A DNA stretch of 64,000 bases from an uncultured Eubacteriales bacterium (GCA_902764285.1 CACWVN010000022.1:1446-65445); one strand, 5' to 3'; shown: positions 26,074 to 36,475, counted from the stretch's first letter. The notes: generated from the sequence alone by a model not told the origin. Translations and numbers: made by a program.

Positions 26074-27382
26074 AGACGAATACAAGGCCATCTACGATCG
26101 GATTCAGCCCAGCCGATCATTAGAAGCTGAAACGGAGGCTCAGATTATGGCACACTTTGATGGAAAGAAACTGGTAAAGCCCATCAGCCGGACCGCGGTC
26201 ATCGCCATCGCTCTGGCGGTGCTGCTGGTGGGGACGGCTATCGCGGCAACGTTGCAATCCAATATCCTGTCGAACCTGTTCCGCGGCAGGACGCCCAGCC
26301 CGGAGGCGGAGGCCGCGCTGGTTCGGGATGCAGGGCAGGTGTCCGACGCAGGCATCACCTTGAAGCTGGACGAGTACCTGGCGGATCAGAATACACTGAA
26401 TCTGTCTTGGACGGTCACCTCCGAACGGGACGAGCCCGTCTACTACGTCACCTGGGCGGAGGTCGACGACCACGGACTGACGGAGGCGGACGAAGCGCAG
26501 GGCTATGTGCCCGGCTTCCCCTACGGCAGCAGCGACGAGAGCATCGGCGACAACGCGCTGGTGCGCCTGGCCCCGGGTGCGAACGCCTATACCAGCGATA
26601 TGTCCCAGGGCTGGGCCCACGGCATCGACCGTCCGCTGACGGCGCGGGTATTTGTTCGGGCCTACACCACGGATCTTGTCATGAGGCAGACGGACTTTCG
26701 CGCCCCGGAGCTGTACTGTATGGAGCCCGGCGACGCAGCGAGCGCCGTGGTCAGGGACATCGAAGCCGCCGGCGGCATCCCCATGGCCTGCAACCTGCCG
26801 CTGTGCTATGTGGGCAGCTACGACGCCTATCAACAGGCGCTGGGCAATGGCACCGAGCCGGAGGAGATCTGCGACGCGCTGGCGGCATCCGGCCTGTTCC
26901 AGCCGCTGAAGGATTTGACGCTTGAAGTGGAAATTGCCGAACCAATCGATACCGCCGGCTTTGAATTGGGCGAGCCGCAGACCTTCGAGCTGCCCGGTAG
27001 GACGGTCGAGCTGAAAGCCATGAAGTTTGACATCGCCTCCACGTTGATCCGGTATGACGTCATTCTGGACAGCGACACGGACGCGAATGCCGCGACGTGT
27101 TGGTATTTGGTTGCAGGCCCGGATGGAAAGGTGAAAAATGTGGAGTGGTCGCTGAGCCTGAGTGGAAGCGAAGTGGAAACCATCGAGCACGACGGCAAAT
27201 CCTGCACCGTAATCCATTATGACCTTGGCAGCGATTCGCCGGTGACCGACCTGCCGGAAAGCCTGACCTTCATTCCGGTGAGCGATCTTCCCCGGCAGGA
27301 GGGCGAACCCTCGACGACCTACTGGCAGCGCGTCGCCGACCAGGCAAAGAAGGAGGATTGCTTTACTGTAAAACTGAAGTAA
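26066..27382 (+). CDS. anti-sigma factor-like membrane protein (DUF4179 type)
   Basis: Overlaps the sigma-factor stop. Has a single TM segment (AVIAIALAVLLVGTAIAA) and a large extracytoplasmic domain. Confidence 0.6.
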   Translation: MLKDEYKAIYDRIQPSRSLEAETEAQIMAHFDGKKLVKPISRTAVIAIALAVLLVGTAIAATLQSNILSNLFRGRTPSPEAEAALVRDAGQVSDAGITLKLDEYLADQNTLNLSWTVTSERDEPVYYVTWAEVDDHGLTEADEAQGYVPGFPYGSSDESIGDNALVRLAPGANAYTSDMSQGWAHGIDRPLTARVFVRAYTTDLVMRQTDFRAPELYCMEPGDAASAVVRDIEAAGGIPMACNLPLCYVGSYDAYQQALGNGTEPEEICDALAASGLFQPLKDLTLEVEIAEPIDTAGFELGEPQTFELPGRTVELKAMKFDIASTLIRYDVILDSDTDANAATCWYLVAGPDGKVKNVEWSLSLSGSEVETIEHDGKSCTVIHYDLGSDSPVTDLPESLTFIPVSDLPRQEGEPSTTYWQRVADQAKKEDCFTVKLK

Positions 27383-27718
27383 GGTCCTCGCACGTCTATC
27401 AATGCCTCGTTGCGAATGCATCGAGGCATGATACATGTACTGAGACACAGCCTTTAAAAATCCTTTTTACCAGTTGCAACATTGTTATCACAATATCTCT
27501 GTGTTATAATGTAGTGAACAGTTTCCTATTTGACGAGTTGTAATGTTTCTGCAGTTGATATGGTGGCACCGATCATGCCATCAAATAAGAAACGTATACC
27601 AGTGTGGGATGCTGTCTAGTAGCAGATTGACTGGGAGGGAATGTAATGAGTATCCATGATTTGGTGTAAACACATCGGGAAATTGCGTAACAATACAACT
27701 GAAACATAAGTTCTTATT

Positions 27719-28666
27719 ATGGAGGTGTTGGAATTGTATGGTATAAAACATATTCTTTCGCTGGTACTCATTGTTATGCTGCTCTCCTGCCCGGCTTACG
27801 CGATGACGGTACAAGAAGCCAAGGAAGCCGTGCTGACAAACGATCCCAAAGCAGCCAATGCCAAACAGTATTGGATGAACCAGTCCTCCGAAACGGACGG
27901 CATGTGGGTAGTATATGCCACCGGCATTGACAAATCGACGATGGATTTCGAAGGCGGAGCCTGGTTCGTTACTCCAGATCAAGCGGTATCCTTGGGATAT
28001 ACGCAATCGCTTAGCAGCTGGGACTTCTTCTCTTGTGAACCGCAGCCGCCTGTACCTGATGATTCAGATCAATCAAACGCCGCCGTCTGGCCCGCCTCAT
28101 ACGTCGCCCAAGGGCCGGAACTTATGGTCAGCAAGACCGATCATCTAAACGCTTGGAGGCTCGACCCCGCAAGCCATCTTCCTCAAAGGGTGGATACCGG
28201 AAAGCTGATTGCCATTGACAGCGAATATGGCCAGCTTCAGGGAATGGTAAAAGCACAGGACTGCAACTATGCCTTCCTTGTGATCGAAGGGGACGCGCTG
28301 CTGCAAATCGCAGCGACGCCGATAGAGGAAGCCATTGTGCGCAAATTCCCCGACGGATCAAAGCTGCTGGACCAGCTGTCTGCGCAGGGCTATGCCTTTA
28401 CCGGCTTCCTCTATCGCGCCGCCGTGCCCGGAAGCGTCGAAAAACTCAATGACCTTCCGAACGCCGCAGGCACCATTGCCGTCAATATGGAAAAGGACGG
28501 CCAGCCGTGGCATACCTATCTCTATTATTCTCTCGGAAAGGCGCTGAACTATATCGACGGCTCAGATTGGGGAAGCGAGGATGAACTGTGGATCGCTGCA
28601 TTCGAGGGCAAAGCATCCGACAGATTGGATGTCGGATTGGAAACGGTGGAAACTGTGATCCAATAA
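27719..28666 (+). CDS. secreted hypothetical protein (paralog of 44746-45609)
   Basis: Has a signal peptide and shares blocks with the chromosomal ORF (GMWVVYATG, LNAW, LLQIAATPIEEA, GYAFTGFLYR, DVGLE). Confidence 0.6.
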   Translation: MEVLELYGIKHILSLVLIVMLLSCPAYAMTVQEAKEAVLTNDPKAANAKQYWMNQSSETDGMWVVYATGIDKSTMDFEGGAWFVTPDQAVSLGYTQSLSSWDFFSCEPQPPVPDDSDQSNAAVWPASYVAQGPELMVSKTDHLNAWRLDPASHLPQRVDTGKLIAIDSEYGQLQGMVKAQDCNYAFLVIEGDALLQIAATPIEEAIVRKFPDGSKLLDQLSAQGYAFTGFLYRAAVPGSVEKLNDLPNAAGTIAVNMEKDGQPWHTYLYYSLGKALNYIDGSDWGSEDELWIAAFEGKASDRLDVGLETVETVIQ

Positions 28667-28863
28667 GGCAGTCATTGTATGGAATACAAAAGAGTTTGAA
28701 AGAGAGCCTATCTCATGCGTCAATTAATGCCTCGGTGCAAATGCGTCGGGGCATGCAAGCTTATGAAACCGCATCATAGATGACTACAACATATACCCGA
28801 GGGGCATGGCCAACGCCGTGCCCCTATTTAGCAACATTTTTATATGAACTTTTGATTTGCCTC

Positions 28864-28908
28864 TTGACATATATAGATAATCGATATATAATTGATATAT
28901 AGATAATC
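28864..28908 (+). promoter_or_regulatory. promoter with direct-repeat operator upstream of the PadR gene
   Basis: TTGACA (28864-28869), a 17-nt spacer, then TATAAT (28887-28892). The 14-bp direct repeat ATATATAGATAATC occurs at 28869 and 28895. Confidence 0.5.
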
Positions 28909-28929
28909 TATATAAAGGAGAGCGATATA

Positions 28930-29274
28930 ATGTCCATAGACCGTAAACTGATGATGGGGAACACGGATATGCTGCTCTTGAAGCTGCTGGCTCAGGAGGA
29001 CATGTACGGCTATCAGATCATTGATGAGCTTCGCAAGCGCTCGAATCATGTATTTGACATGAAAGCGGGAACGCTGTATCCGCTGCTGCACCATCTGGCT
29101 GAAAAGGGCTTTCTTACCACCTACGAAAAGAATGTCGGCGAGGTGAGGGTTCGTAAGTACTATCATCTGACCCGGAAGGGAGCGGATTATCTGGCTGAGC
29201 GGGAACAGGACTGGCGTATCTTTACGACTGCCGTACAGGGTGTGCTTAGAGGTGATGGTTGTGTTCTGGCCTAA
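28930..29274 (+). CDS. PadR family transcriptional regulator
   Basis: The LLLKLLAQEDMYGYQIIDEL...GTLYPLLHHLAEKGF pattern is typical of PadR regulators. Confidence 0.85.
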   Translation: MSIDRKLMMGNTDMLLLKLLAQEDMYGYQIIDELRKRSNHVFDMKAGTLYPLLHHLAEKGFLTTYEKNVGEVRVRKYYHLTRKGADYLAEREQDWRIFTTAVQGVLRGDGCVLA

Positions 29275-30583
29275 CGATTACCTGGATCGGGTTGCCCGGC
29301 AAATACGTGTTGTGCGCATCCGTGAACCGCTGACGGCGGAGTTGAAGGATCATATGCTTTCACAGAAGGCGGATTACATGGCTTCAGGGTTGTCTGAGGA
29401 TGAGGCCGAGCGCAGAACCACGGAGGATATGGGAGACGCGCTGCTGGTCGGCGGAGAACTGGACGCGGCGCACCGCCCCGCAACCCAGTGGAAGGGTATT
29501 GCGATTACGATGTTGCTTTTGGCCCTTGGATTGGGGATACAGGTGGTCAACGGCAGGCTGGCAGGTTGCTCCATCATGGATACACTGACCGGCAACCGTG
29601 CGCTCTTTACCGCGTTGGCCCTCGCACCGCTGTGCCTGCTTGCCCTGACGGATTATACGCATTGGATTCGATGGAGCCTGCCAATCATGGTCGCTTGGCT
29701 GATTTGTATGGCGCATCGGCTGATTCCGCTTCAACGCCTTATCGCATACGACCCAGCGATATTCCGTGTTCTGGTTCCACAGGTCCTGGCAGTTTCGCTT
29801 CCCATGGTCACAGCGCTGCTGGCCTGTCGCCTGCGCGGACGCGGTCAGGGTGCGTTTGCGGTGGGCCTATTCCCAGCCGCTTCCATGATGCTGCTGTGCG
29901 GGGAATACCGATATACGGGATTTGATATTGCACCTTGCATGCTGATGGTGGCCCTCGGGCTGTTAGTGCTGACTCTGGCCGTTCGGGATGGATTCTTCAA
30001 GATTTCCCGGCGTTGGGCTTATGTGCTGCTGATCAGCCTGATTGGCCTTGCGGTCATTTTCTCCGCTGCGCGGTTTAATCCTCAACCCAGCGACGGGGAT
30101 ATGCGCCGACTGATTGGCGCGATTCTCCGTGGTGCCAGACCTTTTGGACACTCGGCGAATGTCGCAGCCATCTCAGACGCTTGGAGGCGCTTTATTGACA
30201 TGGGTTATGGCATGGCGGATTACATGCTGCCGGGCATCGTAGCCTATGTCGGCTGGGTACCCTGTACGCTGCTGACTCTGGGTCTGGCTGCCCTGCTTAC
30301 TTGGTGTGTCCGCCGCTTCTCGCGCCTCGAAAACCGCATGGGCGCACTGTTGGGGATGACGGCTGCTCTGACGATGTGCCTTCAGGCGGTTATCTATGTG
30401 CCCGCTTCCTTTGGCCTGATCGGCGAACACCTCTGCCTGCCGCTTCTGTCCTACGGCCATGCCATTCTGATGGTGGACGCCGCCCTGGCAGGCATGATGC
30501 TGGGCGTATTGCGCGGAGAAACGCTGCCGGAGCCGGCTGTAGCTTTTCAGCGCTCGTGTCTTGTGATGACAAAACAAGCATAA
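29255..30583 (+). CDS. polytopic membrane protein with a PadR-associated N-terminal prefix domain
   Basis: Overlaps the PadR stop. The N-terminal soluble segment (ELKDHMLSQKADYMASGLSEDEAERRTTEDMGD) is followed by about 9-10 hydrophobic helices. Confidence 0.6.
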   Translation: MVVFWPNDYLDRVARQIRVVRIREPLTAELKDHMLSQKADYMASGLSEDEAERRTTEDMGDALLVGGELDAAHRPATQWKGIAITMLLLALGLGIQVVNGRLAGCSIMDTLTGNRALFTALALAPLCLLALTDYTHWIRWSLPIMVAWLICMAHRLIPLQRLIAYDPAIFRVLVPQVLAVSLPMVTALLACRLRGRGQGAFAVGLFPAASMMLLCGEYRYTGFDIAPCMLMVALGLLVLTLAVRDGFFKISRRWAYVLLISLIGLAVIFSAARFNPQPSDGDMRRLIGAILRGARPFGHSANVAAISDAWRRFIDMGYGMADYMLPGIVAYVGWVPCTLLTLGLAALLTWCVRRFSRLENRMGALLGMTAALTMCLQAVIYVPASFGLIGEHLCLPLLSYGHAILMVDAALAGMMLGVLRGETLPEPAVAFQRSCLVMTKQA

Positions 30584-30690
30584 ACACTTTTTTTCGTGTC
30601 GACGCTATGATTTCTTCCCGTCATAGCGTCTTATTAGTGCATATGCGAATGGGACAGGGTTTCATGAAATCCGAAATGGGAGTGAACCGC

Positions 30691-31149
30691 ATGACCGAGA
30701 GTGTGTTTTCCGAAAGGGTCCGGGCGTTGCAGGGACCGCTGTGGCGCATCGCCTGGGCGATCCTGCGTAACGGCGCGGATTGCGACGATGCCATCCAGGA
30801 GGCGTTGCTTCGGGCCTGGAATCGCATCGGCAGCCTTCGGGATGAAACGGTGTTTGACGCCTGGCTGATGCGCATATTGGTCAACGAGAGCAAAGACCTT
30901 CTGCGCCGTCGCGCTCGGCATCCGCAGACGTCGATGGAAGCCGCTCCGGAGTTGGCCGCGCCTGTAGAGAACACCGCTTTGCGCGACGCGATATTCGCCC
31001 TGCCGCTGTCGCTGCGCCTGCCGCTGCTGCTGCATTACATGGAGGGCTACAGCGTGAAGGAGACAGCGCGGATGCTGCACCTGCCGGAGACGACGGTTCA
31101 TTGGAGACTGCACGCCGCACGCAAGAGAATACGGGACGAATGGAATTGA
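30691..31149 (+). CDS. ECF-type RNA polymerase sigma factor (second copy)
   Basis: Region 2 (CDDAIQEALLRAW) and region 4 (YMEGYSVKETARMLHLPETTVHWRLHAARKR) are present. An alternative start lies at 30664. Confidence 0.75.
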   Translation: MTESVFSERVRALQGPLWRIAWAILRNGADCDDAIQEALLRAWNRIGSLRDETVFDAWLMRILVNESKDLLRRRARHPQTSMEAAPELAAPVENTALRDAIFALPLSLRLPLLLHYMEGYSVKETARMLHLPETTVHWRLHAARKRIRDEWN

Positions 31150-31164
31150 CGGGAGGTTGAAAGC

Positions 31165-32778
31165 ATGACGCGCAAGGAATTACAGAATCTGTTTCCTCCG
31201 GTTCCCGGTCACTTCCTCGACCGCATAGACCAAACCATGGAGGAAATTGAAGCCATGAATACGAATAGCATCAAGAGAATACGCCGGGTGAGCCGCCCGG
31301 TACTGATCGCGGCCATCGTTTTTGCACTGACTGCCGCCACGGCTTTGGCGGCGGTTCTGGGCCACCACGCACTGAAGGACGCGCTGAACGCATCCGGGCT
31401 GGAAGATGTCGCCGAACAGGTAAAGGATATCCAGGCGACAGACGCCTCGGACGGCTTCTGCCTGACGCTGGATGAGGCCGTGTGGGAGGGCGAAAAATTG
31501 TATTTATCCTGCACCGTCGCTGTGCCGGAGGATGGGAATACCTACCTCTATAGCCTGATGCTGCCGACGCTGAACGGCGGGCACGTCCCAAGTAATCTGG
31601 CCATATACTTCGATCAGCCCTTCGGGCCCTTCGTCTACCCCATCGGAGGCGCTTTCCCCACTCAGGCTACGCTGATCCTGCCCCTGGAATCGGATTCAAG
31701 CATGCTGTCAGGTGGGCCGGTGGAGCTTGGGCTCCGGGCAGACTTTTATACTACGAATCGCAAATTAGCTCCCATACCGGATGAAGAAAATATGGATGAG
31801 TATCTGGATGCGACGCGGGACGCCCTCGTCTACAAATCCTCCGACGTCCTCTATTACGCTGAAGGCAGCAACCCCGGCATTCAATTGACCGCTTATCGGG
31901 AGGTAGCCGATATGGACTGGCAGGGAAACGTGGATGGCTGGCTGTCCAGCGGCGCGGAACCGGAGAAAATCGCAGCAACCGGGCTGATCGACCTTCTGTC
32001 CACCCGGGAATTGCAGGTGCCTTTGAGCGAGGACATGCTTTCGGGCACCGTGATGAACAACTTGGATGTCCGTGATTTTACTTGGAAAGACGTAGCTTTC
32101 ACCGTTGAGCGCTTCCGCATGACCCATTTCAGCATGGAGCTGGTGCTGCATGCGGAGCAGAACGGCATTGCCAGGGACAACGCCTCTTGGGATGATAGGG
32201 ATGATGCCGAGCTCCAATTCCCGGAACGCCTGCACAACGCCAGGTTTGAACTGGTGAACGGCGACGGCAGTCCTCTCATGGACATCTACGGTGAGACCTG
32301 CACGGACTGCCGCATTTCGGACGCACCGACGGGCGGCTACACCGTGAAAATCACTGCAGAGGCATTATTTCCTGATGAGCCGGAACCGTTCATACTGTTG
32401 CCGCAGTATTGGGTGTCCGTGGAGAACGAGGACAATGAGAAGGAACTGGTGTCCGATACAGATGATCCCATTGTCACGCTGACGCCTGTGTACAGCGAGG
32501 AAGTCCATGAGACTGAGCTCGAAGAGCAGGAACGGTTTGAAGCCATTCGCGACTGGAAGCAGGGAGATGCAGCACAAACCGTCTACGCCACCGATCAGGG
32601 CAGCTATTATCACTACAAGCCTGATTGCAGTGGCATGATGGGTTCAAAGGCAGTTTCCATTGAGGATGCGCTTGCCGCCGGGAAACCCGCCTGCCCCGTC
32701 TGCATTGGCGGCCACAACAGTCGTGTGAGCACAGTAAATGACTCCGAAGCCTCAGGCCCATGGTCATCAGATAACTGA
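31165..32778 (+). CDS. anti-sigma-like membrane protein with a C-terminal Cys-rich motif
   Basis: Single TM segment (PVLIAAIVFALTAATALAAV), a large extracytoplasmic region and a C-terminal YYHYKPDCSGM...CPVC motif. Confidence 0.55.
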   Translation: MTRKELQNLFPPVPGHFLDRIDQTMEEIEAMNTNSIKRIRRVSRPVLIAAIVFALTAATALAAVLGHHALKDALNASGLEDVAEQVKDIQATDASDGFCLTLDEAVWEGEKLYLSCTVAVPEDGNTYLYSLMLPTLNGGHVPSNLAIYFDQPFGPFVYPIGGAFPTQATLILPLESDSSMLSGGPVELGLRADFYTTNRKLAPIPDEENMDEYLDATRDALVYKSSDVLYYAEGSNPGIQLTAYREVADMDWQGNVDGWLSSGAEPEKIAATGLIDLLSTRELQVPLSEDMLSGTVMNNLDVRDFTWKDVAFTVERFRMTHFSMELVLHAEQNGIARDNASWDDRDDAELQFPERLHNARFELVNGDGSPLMDIYGETCTDCRISDAPTGGYTVKITAEALFPDEPEPFILLPQYWVSVENEDNEKELVSDTDDPIVTLTPVYSEEVHETELEEQERFEAIRDWKQGDAAQTVYATDQGSYYHYKPDCSGMMGSKAVSIEDALAAGKPACPVCIGGHNSRVSTVNDSEASGPWSSDN

Positions 32779-32931
32779 GGTTCCGATAATGTATCATTAT
32801 AGTATTCTCTTTTGGGCTGTTCCATCGTGGACAGCCCTTATTCATCATTATCCTCTTTACATCATATCTTATTTGTGATAGAATACTATCAGTAAAAGCC
32901 AGATTAGCCTGTGATGTGAAAGGAGATCCCT

Positions 32932-33186
32932 ATGATTATCAAGCCCTCTTCTGCGTTGCGGAACAATTACAGCAGCATATCCACCATCGCGAAGGAGACT
33001 CAGGAACCGGTCTACATTACTGTGAACGGCGAAGGTGACGGGGTTTTCATGGACATGGTGGCGTTTGAGCGGCGGGAGCAACTGCTCAACCTGCGAGCGC
33101 GCATCCTTCAAGCAGAGGAAGATCGTCTTCGCGGCGCCAAAACCATGAGCATTTCCGAGGCACGGGAGGCGTTGAGAAAGCAATGA
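32932..33186 (+). CDS. type II antitoxin (Phd/YefM-like)
   Basis: 84-aa ORF (ALRNNYSSISTIAKETQEPVYITVNGEG) with a 4-nt overlap onto the toxin gene. Confidence 0.7.
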   Translation: MIIKPSSALRNNYSSISTIAKETQEPVYITVNGEGDGVFMDMVAFERREQLLNLRARILQAEEDRLRGAKTMSISEAREALRKQ

Positions 33187-33518
33187 GAGTCGAAATCCTC
33201 CCCTCTGCCTGGGAAGGGCTGGCACGGATCAAGTACCGTGTGCAGGCTGATTTCGGTGAGGATGTAGCTCTGAGTGTGGCTAATCGCATCCTTGACAGCT
33301 TGGAACGCTTGGAGCAGTTCCCAGATTCCGGCTCTATGACACCCGACCCTTGGCTGAACAACATGGGCTTCCGCATGGTCATCAGCGACAAGAGGAATGT
33401 ATCCATTTTCCGCAAGGTAGGCGAGAGCATTTTCGTTTACATCATTGCGGACACCCGAACAGAGTACACCAAGGTATTCAAGGATATGTTGTTATCTGAT
33501 CCAGGGGTTATCGGATAG
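33183..33518 (+). CDS. type II toxin (RelE/ParE family)
   Basis: 111-aa ORF, translationally coupled to the antitoxin, with a ParE/RelE-like pattern (LERLEQFPDSG...FRMVISDKRNVSIFRKV). Confidence 0.65.
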   Translation: MRVEILPSAWEGLARIKYRVQADFGEDVALSVANRILDSLERLEQFPDSGSMTPDPWLNNMGFRMVISDKRNVSIFRKVGESIFVYIIADTRTEYTKVFKDMLLSDPGVIG

Positions 33519-33636
33519 TAGACGAAAGTAATAAGCAATTGTAGAAAGAACAAATTGCTTCGATGTATACAAGATATATGAAATAACACTTGAGAGAGCT
33601 AAGGCTGACTACTGGTCATCTGAGGGAGAAAACGTT

Positions 33637-34896
33637 ATGGGAAACTCTCATTCATGGATTCGGAAGATGTATTATATACTTTCTTTATCTATGCTTTTGT
33701 TTATTTGTGGAGCCATAGTATCTATCAGTACTATTCAAACTCGGTTTGAAAAGTGTTGGATTGTTTTCCCTATAATTATTTATCTTGTGCTATATTGTAT
33801 AAAGCATTTTTCAAGAAGAACAAGCCTCTCTCGAATTCCCCTTGAAATAGTTGCGATTCTCGCTTCTATCTGCCTTTTCCTATTTCAAAAAGTGGAAGTT
33901 ATGCAACAATTTATTATTCAACATATTGAAGTGTTGGCCTTTTTCATTATTCTCAATTTCCTATTAAGCATAACATATTTTAAAAAAATAAGCGAGATAG
34001 ATACTATTCCATCTGAGGAAACAAAGGATAACAATCCATTGTTTAATATTTTCTATCTCAACACATCTAAAGCCCATGAAATAGCGATGCTTATTGATAA
34101 TCGTATTATGAAAACAGTTGAAAAAGAGCAGACTTCCGAAGCAATAATAAAACATCAGAATGCTATAAGACTTGGGAAAAGCGACTATCTTGCCTCAAAT
34201 GTTGAATATGCATCCGAGGATAGCACAAAGAAAAGAGTATATGAAAGCTTCGATGTCAAAAACACTAAATCAATAATGCTGAAAAAAATCTATGAAACTG
34301 TTGCAGGAAAAAGAATTAGTCAAGATCTTGGCGTAGGTCAATTAATTCTCTTTAAAGACATCAAACTAAAGCAACTCAATGTAGATGATACTGTGATGAT
34401 ACTTAAAATATTGCAAGAAAGCAAACTAAGGAATCAAGCTAACGATAGTATCGAAATTAACTTTAACAAGATGATGGAGAAAATGCTGGATGATTTTACG
34501 ATTGACTATTCTTTCACTTATTCCATGGGGAATGGAGACAAGAGTCCTTGTCTGATTCAACTACCATATAGATCCATAAGCAACTTTGAAAACGGATACC
34601 AACATAATGATTTACAGTTAGGACAACTCAGTCTAATTGGAATTTATAGAGGCAAAATCGACTTCAAACAACAAGAAAGCATTTCTTCGAGATTTCTCGA
34701 ATTGATATCAGACTCAATTAACCAAGAAATGCAGATAGAGACGCCTGGCATTGGAATGAGGCTAAGTGAAAAGAATACAATAGTAAATCAAGTTCCTTTC
34801 GAGTTTAAGCATAAGAAGCTAACAGAGGAATACCATCTTATTGACGTGATCGCGATAATACAGGAGATTCGTTTCAAGGAGACAAATAATGAGTAA
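33637..34896 (+). CDS. hypothetical protein: four N-terminal TM helices plus a ~300-aa soluble domain (candidate defence-module component A)
   Basis: AT-rich 419-aa ORF with hydrophobic segments at roughly aa 12-34, 40-56, 67-84 and 93-113. I recognise no catalytic motif. Confidence 0.6.
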   Translation: MGNSHSWIRKMYYILSLSMLLFICGAIVSISTIQTRFEKCWIVFPIIIYLVLYCIKHFSRRTSLSRIPLEIVAILASICLFLFQKVEVMQQFIIQHIEVLAFFIILNFLLSITYFKKISEIDTIPSEETKDNNPLFNIFYLNTSKAHEIAMLIDNRIMKTVEKEQTSEAIIKHQNAIRLGKSDYLASNVEYASEDSTKKRVYESFDVKNTKSIMLKKIYETVAGKRISQDLGVGQLILFKDIKLKQLNVDDTVMILKILQESKLRNQANDSIEINFNKMMEKMLDDFTIDYSFTYSMGNGDKSPCLIQLPYRSISNFENGYQHNDLQLGQLSLIGIYRGKIDFKQQESISSRFLELISDSINQEMQIETPGIGMRLSEKNTIVNQVPFEFKHKKLTEEYHLIDVIAIIQEIRFKETNNE

Positions 34897-36475
34897 GAAG
34901 CTATACCTTTACCATCCTGAAAGACTACATGAACTTCAAGGATCTTTGCAAGAATACTCTTTTTGCAGCATTTCCTCATTCATTTATCATTATGAAAGCG
35001 TTGAAAAGCTGATGGCGGAAGGGGACGATATTGATAATATAGTTGTAGATCTTTCAAGTTTGATTAAAGACGGGAATTTCTTTCGAGTTTTCACTGAACG
35101 GTATATTATGGCTCTTGCTGATCAAGGAGAAGAAGTTCATTTCTGCCTTATGCAGGACTTGTTTGATGCCTTTAATAATCAATATCCGTATCTGTTCGAT
35201 AATGAGGATATCGACAAGAAATTCTGTAAGTTTGAAGACTCTCAGATAGAAGACAAGTATCATTTCAAACCTTTTCAACAAGTACCTTTGTATATTTATG
35301 ACGCGCAGGAAATAGTGAATTCCATCATTCATGATAAGCATATAACATCCTTAGCCTGTCTTATTGACGATTGGGAGGGTGTAATCCTAAAATACAATCT
35401 TTCCGATATCATTATGCGATTAATGAAATCCGAGATTGAGTATATTGATATTTCTTCTGCACTTCGAACGATGAAGCTTCGAAGTGATCTAGTTTTTCAA
35501 TTCGAAATCCTTTTTCAGAAGATTGGTGAATCGACAAGTGTAAAGTACTGTGCAGATAGCAGTACTTCGGAAAATGCAATCGTTCTATTTCCTTTTGTTT
35601 TTTCGGAATTATGCGAAATGAGCATGATTGATGTAGCAAATCAAGATGCTCTTGATGAGCCAACCAAAGTTGATATCAATACTCTCGTGCAACAGGTCCA
35701 GCAGCAAGGAGATAAAATCTGTTCATTGCTAAAAGGACATAGTGTTTTTAAGACCGATTTCAGAGAAAGCCTACTGAAATTCTCTTTCTTCAATGTGATG
35801 AAAGAACAGAGTATCTTTTCGATCTTAATCTGTGGGGAATCTGGTATTGGAAAAACCGAGTTTGCTAAAATTGTTTCCAAGATCATTTATCCGGAGGAGT
35901 CATTAATTAAGATAAATTTTGGCAATTATTCAACAGAAGGTGTTCTGAATAGTCTTATCGGTTCGCCTTTGGGATATGTTGGTAGCGAAGAGGGAGGTGA
36001 ACTGATCAATAAAATAGCTTTATCTAGATCGAAAGTTATACTTATTGACGAGTTCGAAAAAGCCACAATGGGTGTATATAATTTCTTCTATGAATTATTG
36101 GAAGATGGTAAATTCACAGATAGGCATGGAATAGAGCATGATTTAAATGGATACATTATCGTGTTTACTTCTAACATGACTCAAAAACAATATCAAAGGC
36201 AAATTCCAGACTCTCTAAAATCAAGGTTTGATATGGTTTACTATTTTATCGAGTTATCACAAGAAGAGAAACAATCCTATATTATTGATACTGCAAATAA
36301 GCTTATTGATAAACTCAACATTCATTTTGGTGTTATAGTAGATATTAAAACAATAGAAAAAGAATTGAACGAACTAACAAAATATAAGAATCTTAGGGAT
36401 ATGAAAAAAGAAATTGAAGGGCTAGTTTTCAGTGCATTTATAAAACGGTTAGATGAGCAATCGAATAAACAATAA
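34889..36475 (+). CDS. AAA+ ATPase with a ClpA/ClpB D2-like module and a ~300-aa unknown N-terminal domain (candidate component B)
   Basis: 8-nt overlap with the upstream ORF. Walker A GESGIGKT (35834-35857), Walker B VILIDEFEKA, and LIGSPLGYVGSEEGGEL and GKFTDRHG...IIVFTSN segments collinear with the ClpB D2 domain. Confidence 0.75.
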   Translation: MSKKLYLYHPERLHELQGSLQEYSFCSISSFIYHYESVEKLMAEGDDIDNIVVDLSSLIKDGNFFRVFTERYIMALADQGEEVHFCLMQDLFDAFNNQYPYLFDNEDIDKKFCKFEDSQIEDKYHFKPFQQVPLYIYDAQEIVNSIIHDKHITSLACLIDDWEGVILKYNLSDIIMRLMKSEIEYIDISSALRTMKLRSDLVFQFEILFQKIGESTSVKYCADSSTSENAIVLFPFVFSELCEMSMIDVANQDALDEPTKVDINTLVQQVQQQGDKICSLLKGHSVFKTDFRESLLKFSFFNVMKEQSIFSILICGESGIGKTEFAKIVSKIIYPEESLIKINFGNYSTEGVLNSLIGSPLGYVGSEEGGELINKIALSRSKVILIDEFEKATMGVYNFFYELLEDGKFTDRHGIEHDLNGYIIVFTSNMTQKQYQRQIPDSLKSRFDMVYYFIELSQEEKQSYIIDTANKLIDKLNIHFGVIVDIKTIEKELNELTKYKNLRDMKKEIEGLVFSAFIKRLDEQSNKQ

